From: Turneriella sp.
GTDB taxonomy: Bacteria > Spirochaetota > Leptospiria > Turneriellales > Turneriellaceae
DNA length: 64,000 bases
Assembly (NCBI GenBank): GCA_965279515.1
Contig: CBDIID010000003.1
Span: forward strand, 4,064,001 to 4,128,000
Direction: 5' to 3'
Of the stretch, positions 1 through 8,906 are shown piece by piece. Positions within the stretch are counted from its first letter, which is position 1. Each line of letters begins with the position of its first letter. The translations under genes were made by a program, and so were the position numbers. The notes below the pieces were generated by a model. It was given only the letters and a program-made list of their open reading frames with translations, did no database searches and was not told the origin of the DNA.

Positions 1-6
1 GTAATC

Positions 7-26
7 TCTAATACCTAGGTATTAGA
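7..26. promoter_or_regulatory. Perfect 20-bp palindrome TCTAATACCTAGGTATTAGA, candidate operator for the adjacent LuxR-type regulator
   Basis: Sequence is self-reverse-complementary over 7..26, 2 bp past the stop of the LuxR-HTH gene; AT-rich with no loop, so unlike a terminator. Confidence 0.55.
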
Positions 27-28
27 AA

Positions 29-1171
29 TCACACTTTTTTATCCACCTCATGCAGAAATACGGTCAAGCGCTGTAACTTATCCTTTGCCGGCGATGCGGG
101 AGTGTTGTCCCTGCCGATGGTCTTACGGTAAATGGACGAGAGATGCACTTTGAGGGTATTCGGTGAGAGTTGCATCTTTTTAGCAATGGCTGACCGGGAT
201 AGCCCGTCGGCGATCAGGCAGCATAGCGTTGCTTCCTGGTAGGTGAGGTTATATGCCACCTGAAGGTGGGCAAACAGCGATTCGGTATTCTTCTCGCCGG
301 TTCCAAGCTGCGGCCCGGAAGAGCGGAAAAATCTCTGGAAAAAAACAATCGCGATGAGCGCAGAGCCGCTGGTCAGAAAGACGTTGAGAACCTTATCCAC
401 CGGCACGAAGAATTCATTGATGATCCAGGAAAACACCAAGGCGGCAGCGATGGCAGCAATGCCTCCGGCAATGCGCAGGTATTTATGGGAAGTCGCGGGC
501 AGGTGTCCGGTTTCAAAGAGCGCCTTGGCAAAAAATACACAAACGGCGGCTTCGCTGGCGTTCCCCAGCGGAAAAATTTCCACGCCGAACACGGGCAGGT
601 GGCAGGTAAGAGCACCGAGCCAGAAAACAATAAAGATGAAACGCATACGTTTTGTGAATGCCGTGTCCTGCTGCGGAAGGCTGAGCAGGTAAAAGCCCAC
701 GACGACGCAATAGGCATTGCTAAAGGCATAAAGAGCGGCCCCACCACCGAGTAGCGGGTAGTATCCCCAATTATATTTCTGCAATCCGGAAATGAATAGC
801 GTGTCACCGGCGGTAAACCAGAATGAGTATTCGAGGATTACCAGAATAACGATGGTCAAAAAATCCGCAATATGCGAAGCGAGGTTTTTCGGCTGCCCCG
901 AGAGTGCAAAAGCGATACGCAGAAAGGCCCATGGAATCAAGGCGATAAAATGGTATCCAATAAACAGAATGACTTTTGCTTCGTTGTAAGATTTCGCCAA
1001 AAAGAGCTGCATCAGCGATAAATTCCACAGCGCCAGCGCCGCATAAAAGATAAACAGCGGCCAGGTGTACTTGCTCCGTGGTCTGCCGGAGAAAATCAGG
1101 AACAGCAATGCGCTATCGGCAAGAAAACCTGCCAGCGGAATCATGAAGTAGTATTGCAAAAGGGGATTCAC
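29..1171 (-). CDS. Membrane-integral LuxR-family HTH transcriptional regulator (multi-TM sensor N-terminus)
   Basis: Many hydrophobic helices followed by C-terminal LTYQEATLCCLIADGLSRSAIAKKMQLSPNTLKVHLSSIYRK HTH. Confidence 0.8.
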   Translation of the reverse strand: MNPLLQYYFMIPLAGFLADSALLFLIFSGRPRSKYTWPLFIFYAALALWNLSLMQLFLAKSYNEAKVILFIGYHFIALIPWAFLRIAFALSGQPKNLASHIADFLTIVILVILEYSFWFTAGDTLFISGLQKYNWGYYPLLGGGAALYAFSNAYCVVVGFYLLSLPQQDTAFTKRMRFIFIVFWLGALTCHLPVFGVEIFPLGNASEAAVCVFFAKALFETGHLPATSHKYLRIAGGIAAIAAALVFSWIINEFFVPVDKVLNVFLTSGSALIAIVFFQRFFRSSGPQLGTGEKNTESLFAHLQVAYNLTYQEATLCCLIADGLSRSAIAKKMQLSPNTLKVHLSSIYRKTIGRDNTPASPAKDKLQRLTVFLHEVDKKV

Positions 1172-1452
1172 AAATCTTGCGGGAAGTTCCCGGAAACAAT
1201 CTCAGCGAAATTGCAGTCTCGTCTAAACTCCACACGTCAAGCGTAGCTTAAATTATAGAGAGTTTTTATCATGTCGAAAATCCACATGATTGTATAGGTT
1301 TTGACGACACTGCCATTGGATTGTTTTTCCCTCTTTCTGTGGCTGTTGCGCTCAGCCATGGCCTCCAGGCCGGCCTGATTTGCAGCGCTAGTCTTTGAGA
1401 AACAAATCCCGGGTGGCGCTGGGTCTCGGGAAGGCGGAGTGCCCCAGAGAAA

Positions 1453-2481
1453 ATGGCTGCGAACGAACGTGATTTTTTTTACCGTCTCACTCCCGATGAG
1501 ATTATCGATGCGGTGGTGAAACTTGGCCTCGAACCTTCGGGGCATGTCGCCCAACTCAATAGCATGGAGAACCGTGTCTTTGACCTGAGGCTCGAAAATG
1601 GCAGTCATGTCGTGACAAAGTTTTACCGTCCCGGCCGCTGGTCGGCGACGCAGATTCTCGAAGAACATGCATTCCTGTTCGATCTCAGGGAGAACGATGT
1701 GCCCGCGCTCGCGCCGCTGCAGTTTTCAGGCCAAAGTCTGTTCGAAGAGCAGGGCATCCACTTCGCGATCTGGCCGCGTACCGGTGGCCGTGAGCCCGAA
1801 GAGCTGAGCGAAATCGATCTGCAGATTCTCGGACGCCTGCTCGCGCGCCTGCACAATGTCGGTGCGGCGCGTTCTTTTAAAAGCAGGCCGCTCTTTACGG
1901 CAGAGCGCTTTGTGCACGAACCTGTGCAGGTGCTCAAAGACAAAAAATACCTGGGTTCGCAGTTTCAATCCCGCTATGAGGAACTGGCAGAAATCGTCGC
2001 CATTGCCTTTGCGCAGCGCGCGGCGGATGTACCGCTGCTGCCGATACACGGCGATCTGCATAAGGGCAATATTCTGAACGGCAGTGATGGCTGGTTTCTG
2101 CTCGATTTCGACGACTCGCTGACCGGGCCGGCGGTACAGGATGTCTGGATGATGTTCCCGGGTTCTTCCGCCGAGGCGCTCGCGGCGCGTGAAATTTTTC
2201 TCTCTGCGTACCGCGAGTTCCGTGAATTTGAAAACAGCTGGCTTGGCCTCGCCGAGGTGCTGAGAGCCATGCGGATTATCCACTATTCAGGCTGGATTGC
2301 GCGCCGCTATGACGATCCTTCGTTTTTGGCTGCCTTCCCGACCTTTGCCGATGATGCCTATTGGGAAGAGGAGATCGGCGTACTGTCCGATATCTGCGCC
2401 GCGCTTGACCCCGGCGCCGCTTCAGGTGGGCAGGGGGAGCAACTCAGCAATAAGGATTTCTTTTTCGACTGGGAGAAGTAG
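1453..2481 (+). CDS. srkA: Stress response Ser/Thr kinase SrkA/RdoA (YihE)
   Basis: LNSMENRVF, KFYRPGRWS, IHGDLHKGNIL, LDFDD, GPAVQDVWM motifs. Confidence 0.9.
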   Translation: MAANERDFFYRLTPDEIIDAVVKLGLEPSGHVAQLNSMENRVFDLRLENGSHVVTKFYRPGRWSATQILEEHAFLFDLRENDVPALAPLQFSGQSLFEEQGIHFAIWPRTGGREPEELSEIDLQILGRLLARLHNVGAARSFKSRPLFTAERFVHEPVQVLKDKKYLGSQFQSRYEELAEIVAIAFAQRAADVPLLPIHGDLHKGNILNGSDGWFLLDFDDSLTGPAVQDVWMMFPGSSAEALAAREIFLSAYREFREFENSWLGLAEVLRAMRIIHYSGWIARRYDDPSFLAAFPTFADDAYWEEEIGVLSDICAALDPGAASGGQGEQLSNKDFFFDWEK

Positions 2482-2486
2482 GCAGG

Positions 2487-2657
2487 CTAGGGTTTTATTC
2501 CCTTCTCTTTCATTTCCTGTAATAGTTTTGCCGGATAGCCCGGACGACAAGGGCAGTTTTTCTGGTGCTGGCGATGCCAATCAACCCGCTGCTCGAATGT
2601 AGCATTCTTAGGCATGATGTTCTTCATATGCCAGACTTTATTGATTTTTGAAGTCAT
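2487..2657 (-). CDS. Small 56-aa His/Cys protein (not in ORF track)
   Basis: AGGAG RBS upstream; MTSKINKVWHMKNIMPKNATFEQRVDWHRQHQKNCPCRPGYPAKLLQEMKEKGIKP; directly downstream of pfkB. Confidence 0.75.
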   Translation of the reverse strand: MTSKINKVWHMKNIMPKNATFEQRVDWHRQHQKNCPCRPGYPAKLLQEMKEKGIKP

Positions 2658-2677
2658 GAGTTCTCTTCTCCTGCGCT

Positions 2678-3643
2678 TCAGCGCGCATGCAGATTAAATA
2701 CCTTATCCCGGCTGTCTTCGGCGGGCATCTGGCGGTAAAGTTGCCGGGCATCTTCGGCATGGAATAGCTCCGACCCGGCGTTCATCGTCGCAGCGGTACC
2801 GCAGGCGACACCAAAGCGAATGGCTTCAGAGAGCGTTGCCCCGGAAACCAGCATGTGAATGATGCCAGCCACCAGGCTGTCGCCGGCACCCACTGTGCTC
2901 AATTTTTTCACGGCAGGTGCAGCAACGTATTCGCTGAAATCGTGGCTAACCAAAAGCGCACCTTCGGCGCCGAAAGATACGACAACGATCTTGCACGCGC
3001 CGCTTTCAACGAGGCTGCGCGCAGCTGCTTCTGCCGTATCCCTCGTTAGCTTGGGCTGGCCTGTGAGTTCCGCGAGTTCCGATAAATTGGGTTTGATAAG
3101 ATAGGGGCGCTGCGCGACCGCGTGCCGAAGAGCAGTACCCGAGGTATCCACGGCGCAGCGAATACCACGCCGGTTTGCCGATTCCACAATGCGGGCAAAA
3201 AAATCTTCGCCAAATCCGCGCGGCAGGCTGCCGCTTGCCACGATAAACAGCGGGAAAGGCCGGATTGACTCCAGCAAATCCAGCATCTCGTCCTGGGTTT
3301 CATCCGGCATCGCGTCCGATGGCATGACAAAACGGTACTGTTTTCCCGTTGTATTTTCGAACAGCGTCAGGTTTTCCCGCGTTTCCGTGCCATGGGCTGC
3401 GACAGCATGAAATACGATGCGGTTTTGCCTTAACAGCTGCATCAGCAAATCGCCATTACGTCCACCCGATGCCAGAATCGCCTGTGCATCCATCCCGAGG
3501 GATACCAGGGCTTTTGCCACGTTGATGCCTCCGCCGCCGGCTTCAATTTTCACGCTGCTGCAGCGCATTTTTATGTCCGGCTGCAGAACTTCCGTCGAGA
3601 CATCTTTATCGAGACATGGATTGGGTGTAACCGTGACAACCAT
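2678..3643 (-). CDS. pfkB: 1-phosphofructokinase-family hexose kinase (PfkB)
   Basis: TVTPNPCLD, GGGGINVA, IKPNLSEL, STVGAGDS motifs; start moved to the ATG adjoining the SDR stop. Confidence 0.9.
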   Translation of the reverse strand: MVVTVTPNPCLDKDVSTEVLQPDIKMRCSSVKIEAGGGGINVAKALVSLGMDAQAILASGGRNGDLLMQLLRQNRIVFHAVAAHGTETRENLTLFENTTGKQYRFVMPSDAMPDETQDEMLDLLESIRPFPLFIVASGSLPRGFGEDFFARIVESANRRGIRCAVDTSGTALRHAVAQRPYLIKPNLSELAELTGQPKLTRDTAEAAARSLVESGACKIVVVSFGAEGALLVSHDFSEYVAAPAVKKLSTVGAGDSLVAGIIHMLVSGATLSEAIRFGVACGTAATMNAGSELFHAEDARQLYRQMPAEDSRDKVFNLHAR

Positions 3644-3644
3644 G

Positions 3645-4457
3645 CTAAGACAGCAAATAGCCGCCGTCGACGACGATGGTTTCCCCGGTAATATACCGCG
3701 AGGCATCGCTTGCAAGAAAAAGAACTGTCGCGGCAATATCGTCCGGCGTGCCTTGTCTTCCCATGGGGATCCGCGCCGTGAAGCTCTTCATTATATCTGC
3801 CATTTTTGCCGGAGCCGCATTCTCGGTGTTCACGATCGCAGACATAATTTTTGCCGCGCCGGGAGTTTCTATTCCACCGGGCGCCACAGCATTCACCGTA
3901 ATACCATGCGCCGACAGTTCGAGCGCCATTGACCTGGTCATCATCAGCATTCCGCCCTTCGACGCATCATAATGCACGAGATTGCCTGAGGGGTGCAGCG
4001 AATCGATCGAGGAGATATTGATTATCTTTCCGGGATTACCCTTTGCCTTCATCGCCATTGCCGCCTGCTGGGCATAAAAGAAAGCACCTTTCAGGTTGAT
4101 ATCGATCACCTTGTCCCAAAGCTCTTCACTTGTTTCCAGGAGCGGCGAAAATGGGAATATACCGGCATTATTCACGAGAATATCCAAGTGCGCGTAAGTT
4201 TCCATGGTCTTATTCACCGCACTCTTGATATCGCTGACCCGGCTTGCGTCGGCCACCACATAAGAGACTTTTCTGCCTGCGGTTTTCAGCGAAGCGCTCG
4301 CGGTTTTGCAGGCTTGTTCGTCTACATCCGCAATCATTACCGAAGCTCCCGCCTCAGCCAAACGGTCTACAATGCCAAGGCCGATGCCCATGGCGCCACC
4401 CGTAACAAGAGCCGTTTTTCCGCTCAAGTCAAACATCTCGCTGATATTCTTACGCAT
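3645..4457 (-). CDS. SDR-family NAD(P)-dependent oxidoreductase
   Basis: TGGAMGIG, NNAG, YDASK; GAGGT RBS before the ATG at 4457. Confidence 0.9.
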   Translation of the reverse strand: MRKNISEMFDLSGKTALVTGGAMGIGLGIVDRLAEAGASVMIADVDEQACKTASASLKTAGRKVSYVVADASRVSDIKSAVNKTMETYAHLDILVNNAGIFPFSPLLETSEELWDKVIDINLKGAFFYAQQAAMAMKAKGNPGKIINISSIDSLHPSGNLVHYDASKGGMLMMTRSMALELSAHGITVNAVAPGGIETPGAAKIMSAIVNTENAAPAKMADIMKSFTARIPMGRQGTPDDIAATVLFLASDASRYITGETIVVDGGYLLS

Positions 4458-4487
4458 ATTTACCTCTTTCAATTGAATTGTTTAATC

Positions 4488-4553
4488 ATTATAGCCAGAA
4501 AAACCGCGCGGTCAATTCGGGTCGATACCGGCCAATGCGCGGACATTTACGTG
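4488..4553 (-). promoter_or_regulatory. Sigma70 promoter TTGACC-16-TATAAT with upstream box CACGTA-AATG-TCCGCG
   Basis: Box at 4538..4553 lies 22 bp from the -35 (4510..4515); -10 at 4488..4493. Confidence 0.65.
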
Positions 4554-4597
4554 GTTTATAATGCCCGGCTGAGCCTGCACAGGCTGTTTTTGGGCAG

Positions 4598-4664
4598 CAC
4601 GTATTAATACCCGGAAATTCGGGGAATACGGGCAATTGACGCTCCACGATTTCCGGTATAAAAT
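4598..4664 (+). promoter_or_regulatory. Box CACGTA-TTAA-TACCCG plus TTGACG-17-TAAAAT promoter
   Basis: Box 4598..4613, 22 bp gap, -35 at 4636, -10 at 4659. Confidence 0.65.
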
Positions 4665-4670
4665 CAAAGA

Positions 4671-5555
4671 ATGACAAGCGAGCTTTTGACTTTAGAGGGA
4701 CTGGAAGTGACGCTGCGCAGCATGCACCTGCCGTTTCAGCCGCAGGTACTGTCGGCTATATTGCAGCTCAGGGAAGATACGCGCATGAACTTCGGCGAGC
4801 TTGATCGCCTGATTCGGGTTGATCAGAATATCGCCTCGCTGGTTCTTAAGGTCGCCAATTCCAGTTTTTATTCGCGCGGGCAGGAGATCCGCACGCTGCC
4901 CCAGGCGATCGGCATGATCGGCTTCAGGACAATCGTTTCCCTGGTTTCAGCAGTCGCGACAAAAGAGATATTCAGAAGCGGCGATTACGCGCGGTTTAAA
5001 AAGTATGTCTGGCAGCATTCGCTCGCGGTCTCCATCATCGGCAGAATTCTCTCTGAAAAGCTTGGGCTGACGGAACTGAAAGAAGAGGTATTTATCGGCG
5101 GCCTGCTGCACGACATCGGCAAGGTTGTCCTGAACCAGATCGACCGCCGGAAGTTTATCGCCGTACTCGATCAGACGCTGGGCTCGGAGAATCCCTTTGG
5201 GCAGGCGGAATTGGAGCACTTCGGAGTAGATCACGCTTCGGTCGGACAACTGATCATTAAGATATGGAATTTACCGTTGGTATACCGCGAGGTCACGGTT
5301 TTTCAGAATAGTCCCGGCAATCCCGGTATCATGAAGTTGCCGGAGAAGGACCGCAATATCATCCATGTTGTCGGGCTGGCCAATCTCATCGCTAAAATCC
5401 ATAATTTCGGCCATGCAGAGAAGGCTGTCGATGATCTGCTGGGAGAGTTCTATCGATTGCTGCGCATCGGTCCCGAACATGAAATCCACAAAATTCACTG
5501 GCCGACGGCAGTGACGGACGATCCGCATTTGCAGATGCTTTCCATGGTTCACTAA
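4671..5555 (+). CDS. HDOD domain protein
   Basis: DQNIASLVLKVANSSFY, WQHSLAV, GGLLHDIGK, DHASVG motifs. Confidence 0.9.
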   Translation: MTSELLTLEGLEVTLRSMHLPFQPQVLSAILQLREDTRMNFGELDRLIRVDQNIASLVLKVANSSFYSRGQEIRTLPQAIGMIGFRTIVSLVSAVATKEIFRSGDYARFKKYVWQHSLAVSIIGRILSEKLGLTELKEEVFIGGLLHDIGKVVLNQIDRRKFIAVLDQTLGSENPFGQAELEHFGVDHASVGQLIIKIWNLPLVYREVTVFQNSPGNPGIMKLPEKDRNIIHVVGLANLIAKIHNFGHAEKAVDDLLGEFYRLLRIGPEHEIHKIHWPTAVTDDPHLQMLSMVH

Positions 5556-5558
5556 GTT

Positions 5559-7316
5559 ATGCGTCCAGAAGTATCAGCAGCAACCGGCGCAGAAATGCAG
5601 ACCCATTTTGAGATCACGGCGTACGAACTTTATTCCGGTGTTCAGGAAAAGATCAAAGAGGAAATCCGCACACTATTGACCGGCCTGGGGAAACCGCGGC
5701 TCGCCGGCCCGGTCACGACCATGGTGCTCGAACTTGCTGCCAATGCCCTCAAGGCGCTCTATAAGTATGTCTTTTTCGAGTACGCTATCAAGGAATCCGG
5801 TCTTGCCGACCTGCCGTACGACGATTGGCATAATATTCTTAAAGAAGAGCTGGATACAAACAAAGCGCGCAATTTTGAAAAAATCTGCCGGGAGAAATCG
5901 CTCCGCCTGACGCTGCGCTGTCAGACGCGCGACGACAAACTGCGGTTCGAGGTTGAAAACGATGGCTCGCCATCGGCAAAGGAGCGGAAAGCGCTGCGCG
6001 CCATGCTCAAAGAAGCTTCGCATGCACAAAACCTTCAGGCATACCTTGCCATGGACGAAGGCGAAACAAGCGAAGTCACTGTCGAAGAAAAAGCAGGTTT
6101 TGGGCTCAGTCTCATTTTTCTGACGCTCACGGGCCTCGGGCTTGACCGGCATAATTTTCGTATACAGGTAAACTCCCGATCGACGACGGCGATTCTCGAA
6201 ATACCGTTTAGTGCTCTTGATGATAACGGCAGCGGCAAAATCCGCGTTCTGGGGACAGGCGAAGAAACCGGAAAAACTATCCTGGATGTGATTGATAACC
6301 TGCGTTTCGGCGTTGTCGTTTTCGACGAACGTGGCAATATACTCGAAGTCTCGGAAGCACTGCTCGAACAATTGAATCTGCCTGCCGATAAATCCGGGCA
6401 TTTCCATGAGCTGCTTAAGGCCCGCTTCACCGAAGATATTTTTTCAGGTCCATACAGCGTGCCCCTCGTCAATTCGTTCGAGAATTACCGCCTGAAAGTA
6501 CCGCGCTACGGTGATGATAAGGAAATTCTTTTCAATATCAGCGGTGTTCTGAATCCGCAGACCCGTCGCGTCGAGACCATCTGGCAAACCATCAATCTCG
6601 GTAAGGATATGGGAACGCTTTCGGAAGGTTCGATCTTCGAAAACGTCCACATCCAGAATATCGTCCGTCCCTATATCCCAGGCATGATTCTTGAAAAAGC
6701 GCATGCATCACTGCGCTCAGGGCGTTTTGTACTGGAGAATGAGCATCGTGAGGCTACGATTTTTTTTCTCGATCTTATCGGGTTTACCGCAATCAGTGAA
6801 AACCTTCCGCCCGCGAAAGTCATCGATCTGCTGAACCTCGCCATGGGTATTGCAGTAAAATCCATCGAAGGGAACCAGGGTTCGATCGATAAATTCATCG
6901 GCGACGGGATCCTGGCGATCTTTCCGGGCCCGTTACCGGCCGTCGTCGCGGCTTTTGAGATCCAGAATAATTTCAAGGGATTGAACGAATACCGCCGCGT
7001 CAGCGGTAGTCAACCCATTGAATTACGCATTGGCATCAATACGGGCATGGTCATTCTCGGCAGTGTGGGCACAAAGCGCCGTATGGACTTCACCGCCCTG
7101 GGCGATGTCGTCAACACAGCATCGCGCATCGAAAAATCTTCTGCTGCTAACAGTGTGCTCGTGAGTGATACCACCTATTCAAAAATCAAGGACCAGGTCA
7201 TTGTGAGCCGCTCATTTCAGCAAAAAGTAAAAGGTAAACAGAATGAAATTACCCTGCACTTTCTGAAGAAAGTTACCTATGAACACGCTGGCGTGACGAG
7301 GGTGCTGGAGTTGTAA
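5559..7316 (+). CDS. Class III adenylate cyclase with N-terminal HATPase-like (anti-sigma type) and PAS-like domains
   Basis: ELAANALKA/ENDG/AGFGL ATPase boxes; FFLDLIGFT, DKFIGDG, DFTALGDVVNTASR cyclase motifs. Confidence 0.85.
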   Translation: MRPEVSAATGAEMQTHFEITAYELYSGVQEKIKEEIRTLLTGLGKPRLAGPVTTMVLELAANALKALYKYVFFEYAIKESGLADLPYDDWHNILKEELDTNKARNFEKICREKSLRLTLRCQTRDDKLRFEVENDGSPSAKERKALRAMLKEASHAQNLQAYLAMDEGETSEVTVEEKAGFGLSLIFLTLTGLGLDRHNFRIQVNSRSTTAILEIPFSALDDNGSGKIRVLGTGEETGKTILDVIDNLRFGVVVFDERGNILEVSEALLEQLNLPADKSGHFHELLKARFTEDIFSGPYSVPLVNSFENYRLKVPRYGDDKEILFNISGVLNPQTRRVETIWQTINLGKDMGTLSEGSIFENVHIQNIVRPYIPGMILEKAHASLRSGRFVLENEHREATIFFLDLIGFTAISENLPPAKVIDLLNLAMGIAVKSIEGNQGSIDKFIGDGILAIFPGPLPAVVAAFEIQNNFKGLNEYRRVSGSQPIELRIGINTGMVILGSVGTKRRMDFTALGDVVNTASRIEKSSAANSVLVSDTTYSKIKDQVIVSRSFQQKVKGKQNEITLHFLKKVTYEHAGVTRVLEL

Positions 7317-7435
7317 AGTCGCTGCACCTCTCCGGCGATGCTGGCGAGGGCCTCGTTTTGCACTCCTTGCATCGAGACGAGAGGATCGATAGTTGAGACT
7401 TCAACCGATCCGCTTTGTGTTTCACGTACTAGTAC
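7316..7435 (-). pseudogene. Remnant of a DUF302-like gene C-terminus
   Basis: VLVRETQSGSVEVSTIDPLVSMQGVQNEALASIAGEVQRL resembles the DUF302 C-terminus; no N-terminal part. Confidence 0.6.
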
Positions 7436-7466
7436 CCGATTTATCGGAGAATTCCCCGGATTGACT
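7423..7466 (+). promoter_or_regulatory. Box CACGTA-CTAG-TACCCG, 22 bp before TTGACT
   Basis: Same geometry as the 4598 site; -10 unclear. Confidence 0.55.
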
Positions 7467-7544
7467 TTTGCTGAAATTTTATTTAAGCGTGCTATGCTCC
7501 GGTTCACCACCGGGTGCAGAAATAAAGCAACAGGAGATCAGTAT

Positions 7545-7940
7545 ATGCAAATAGTACATGTAAAAGTAAAGCTACTATGGGCGGTAAGCCTATTTATGAC
7601 CCTATCTATCGGCGCGGAAGGCATGGGGCAGGGTAAAGGGCTGAAAATGGGAGGGCCATGCCGTGAAGACCGAATGAAACATTGCTCGCATGCCATGGGG
7701 GATCATAGCGGGATGCTGCAATGCATGAACGACCACGAAAAAGATCTGAGTAATGCGTGTAGGGACCATAAGAATGCAATGAATGCGGATATGAAAAGTG
7801 CGCACGCTGCCTGTATGCCAGATATCGAAAAATTCTGCGCCGATGTTAAACCCGGTCAGGGCAGGATGCGTGATTGCCTCAGAAAGAATAAAGCAGGGCT
7901 TTCTCAAACCTGCAAAGATGCGCATAAAAATATCCAGTAA
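7545..7940 (+). CDS. Secreted cysteine-rich repeat (GLG1-like) protein
   Basis: AGGAG RBS, signal peptide, two CxxDxxxxC...C...LSxxC repeats. Confidence 0.8.
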   Translation: MQIVHVKVKLLWAVSLFMTLSIGAEGMGQGKGLKMGGPCREDRMKHCSHAMGDHSGMLQCMNDHEKDLSNACRDHKNAMNADMKSAHAACMPDIEKFCADVKPGQGRMRDCLRKNKAGLSQTCKDAHKNIQ

Positions 7941-7963
7941 AAAATAGCTCTGAAAGGTCATAC

Positions 7964-8131
7964 ATGGAAGAACTGTACTACTGGGAAACTTCAGTGAAGT
8001 GGACCGGCGAACGGAAGGGTGTGATGACATTTCCGGCAATTGCAGAAAACATAAAACCGGATTTTGTCCCGTTTAAATCAAAGTTCAAGGCCCAACCCAA
8101 AAGTCTGAGAAAACAAGAAAATAACCGTTGA
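7964..8131 (+). pseudogene. Truncated OsmC-like gene (N-terminal ~25 aa only)
   Basis: AAAGGT RBS; MEELYYWETSVKWTGERKGVMTFPAI resembles an OsmC N-terminus, followed by an unrelated tail. Confidence 0.5.
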
Positions 8132-8145
8132 AAAGGAGAAATAAA

Positions 8146-8754
8146 ATGAAAAAATTACAAGTTGTGTTTTTAATTGGGGCGATGGCGAGCAGCAAGCTGT
8201 TCGGCGCTGCAGATTCAGTAGCTGCGCCCCCAGCAACCGCCAGCGAAGTGAGTTCAAAACCAAAAACCGGCAGGTATCTCATGGCAGACATCACCGGGTA
8301 TGGCGGCAGTTTGTTCGCGCTTTACGGTAATGGGAGTTCCTTGAACGATACGGCGAGCGTTGGCTTGCGGGGCTTCGTTCATTTTGGCAACGCATTCAGA
8401 CTCGGCGCCATTGGCACGATGACGGGACGCACCAATACGGGTAATAATACCCGCGAAATGACGGGTAGTCTTGGGATATTTGGCGAGTTCTTATTGCGTT
8501 TTGACCCACTGATTATTGGCCTTGGTGTAAAAGCCGCTGGTGCTGGTTATAGCTCACATGACCGGGGCACCCAGGTAAGCGGGACAAGTTATGGTTATTT
8601 CAATGCCATGCCATTTGCAGAGCTTGAAATGCGGCTTTTTGAATGGGTTTCGCTTAGTATTTACGGCGGCTACGACTATTTCGTAGGCAACAGTGCAAGC
8701 CCGAACGTTTCGCAGCCGGTTGTGGGTGTGGCTGTGACATTCGCGCGCTACTGA
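8146..8754 (+). CDS. Exported, probable outer-membrane beta-barrel protein
   Basis: AGGAG RBS, signal peptide, amphipathic beta-strands, aromatic C-terminus (VTFARY). Confidence 0.7.
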   Translation: MKKLQVVFLIGAMASSKLFGAADSVAAPPATASEVSSKPKTGRYLMADITGYGGSLFALYGNGSSLNDTASVGLRGFVHFGNAFRLGAIGTMTGRTNTGNNTREMTGSLGIFGEFLLRFDPLIIGLGVKAAGAGYSSHDRGTQVSGTSYGYFNAMPFAELEMRLFEWVSLSIYGGYDYFVGNSASPNVSQPVVGVAVTFARY

Positions 8755-8834
8755 GTTTGGTATACCACTTAGGAGAAGGCCAATATGCTTATTGGCCTTA
8801 GATGTTTCGGGCATGCCAAGGCGTTTCCGAAATT

Positions 8835-8878
8835 CAGGTAAAACTACCTGATAAGTCCTGTATATCACCGCCTTGACT
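8835..8878 (+). promoter_or_regulatory. Palindromic box CAGGTA-AAAC-TACCTG, 22 bp before TTGACT
   Basis: Upstream of the M50/host-attachment/P-ATPase operon. Confidence 0.6.
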
Positions 8879-8906
8879 TGGCCGCTTTTTTAAGTTATCA
8901 CAAACC

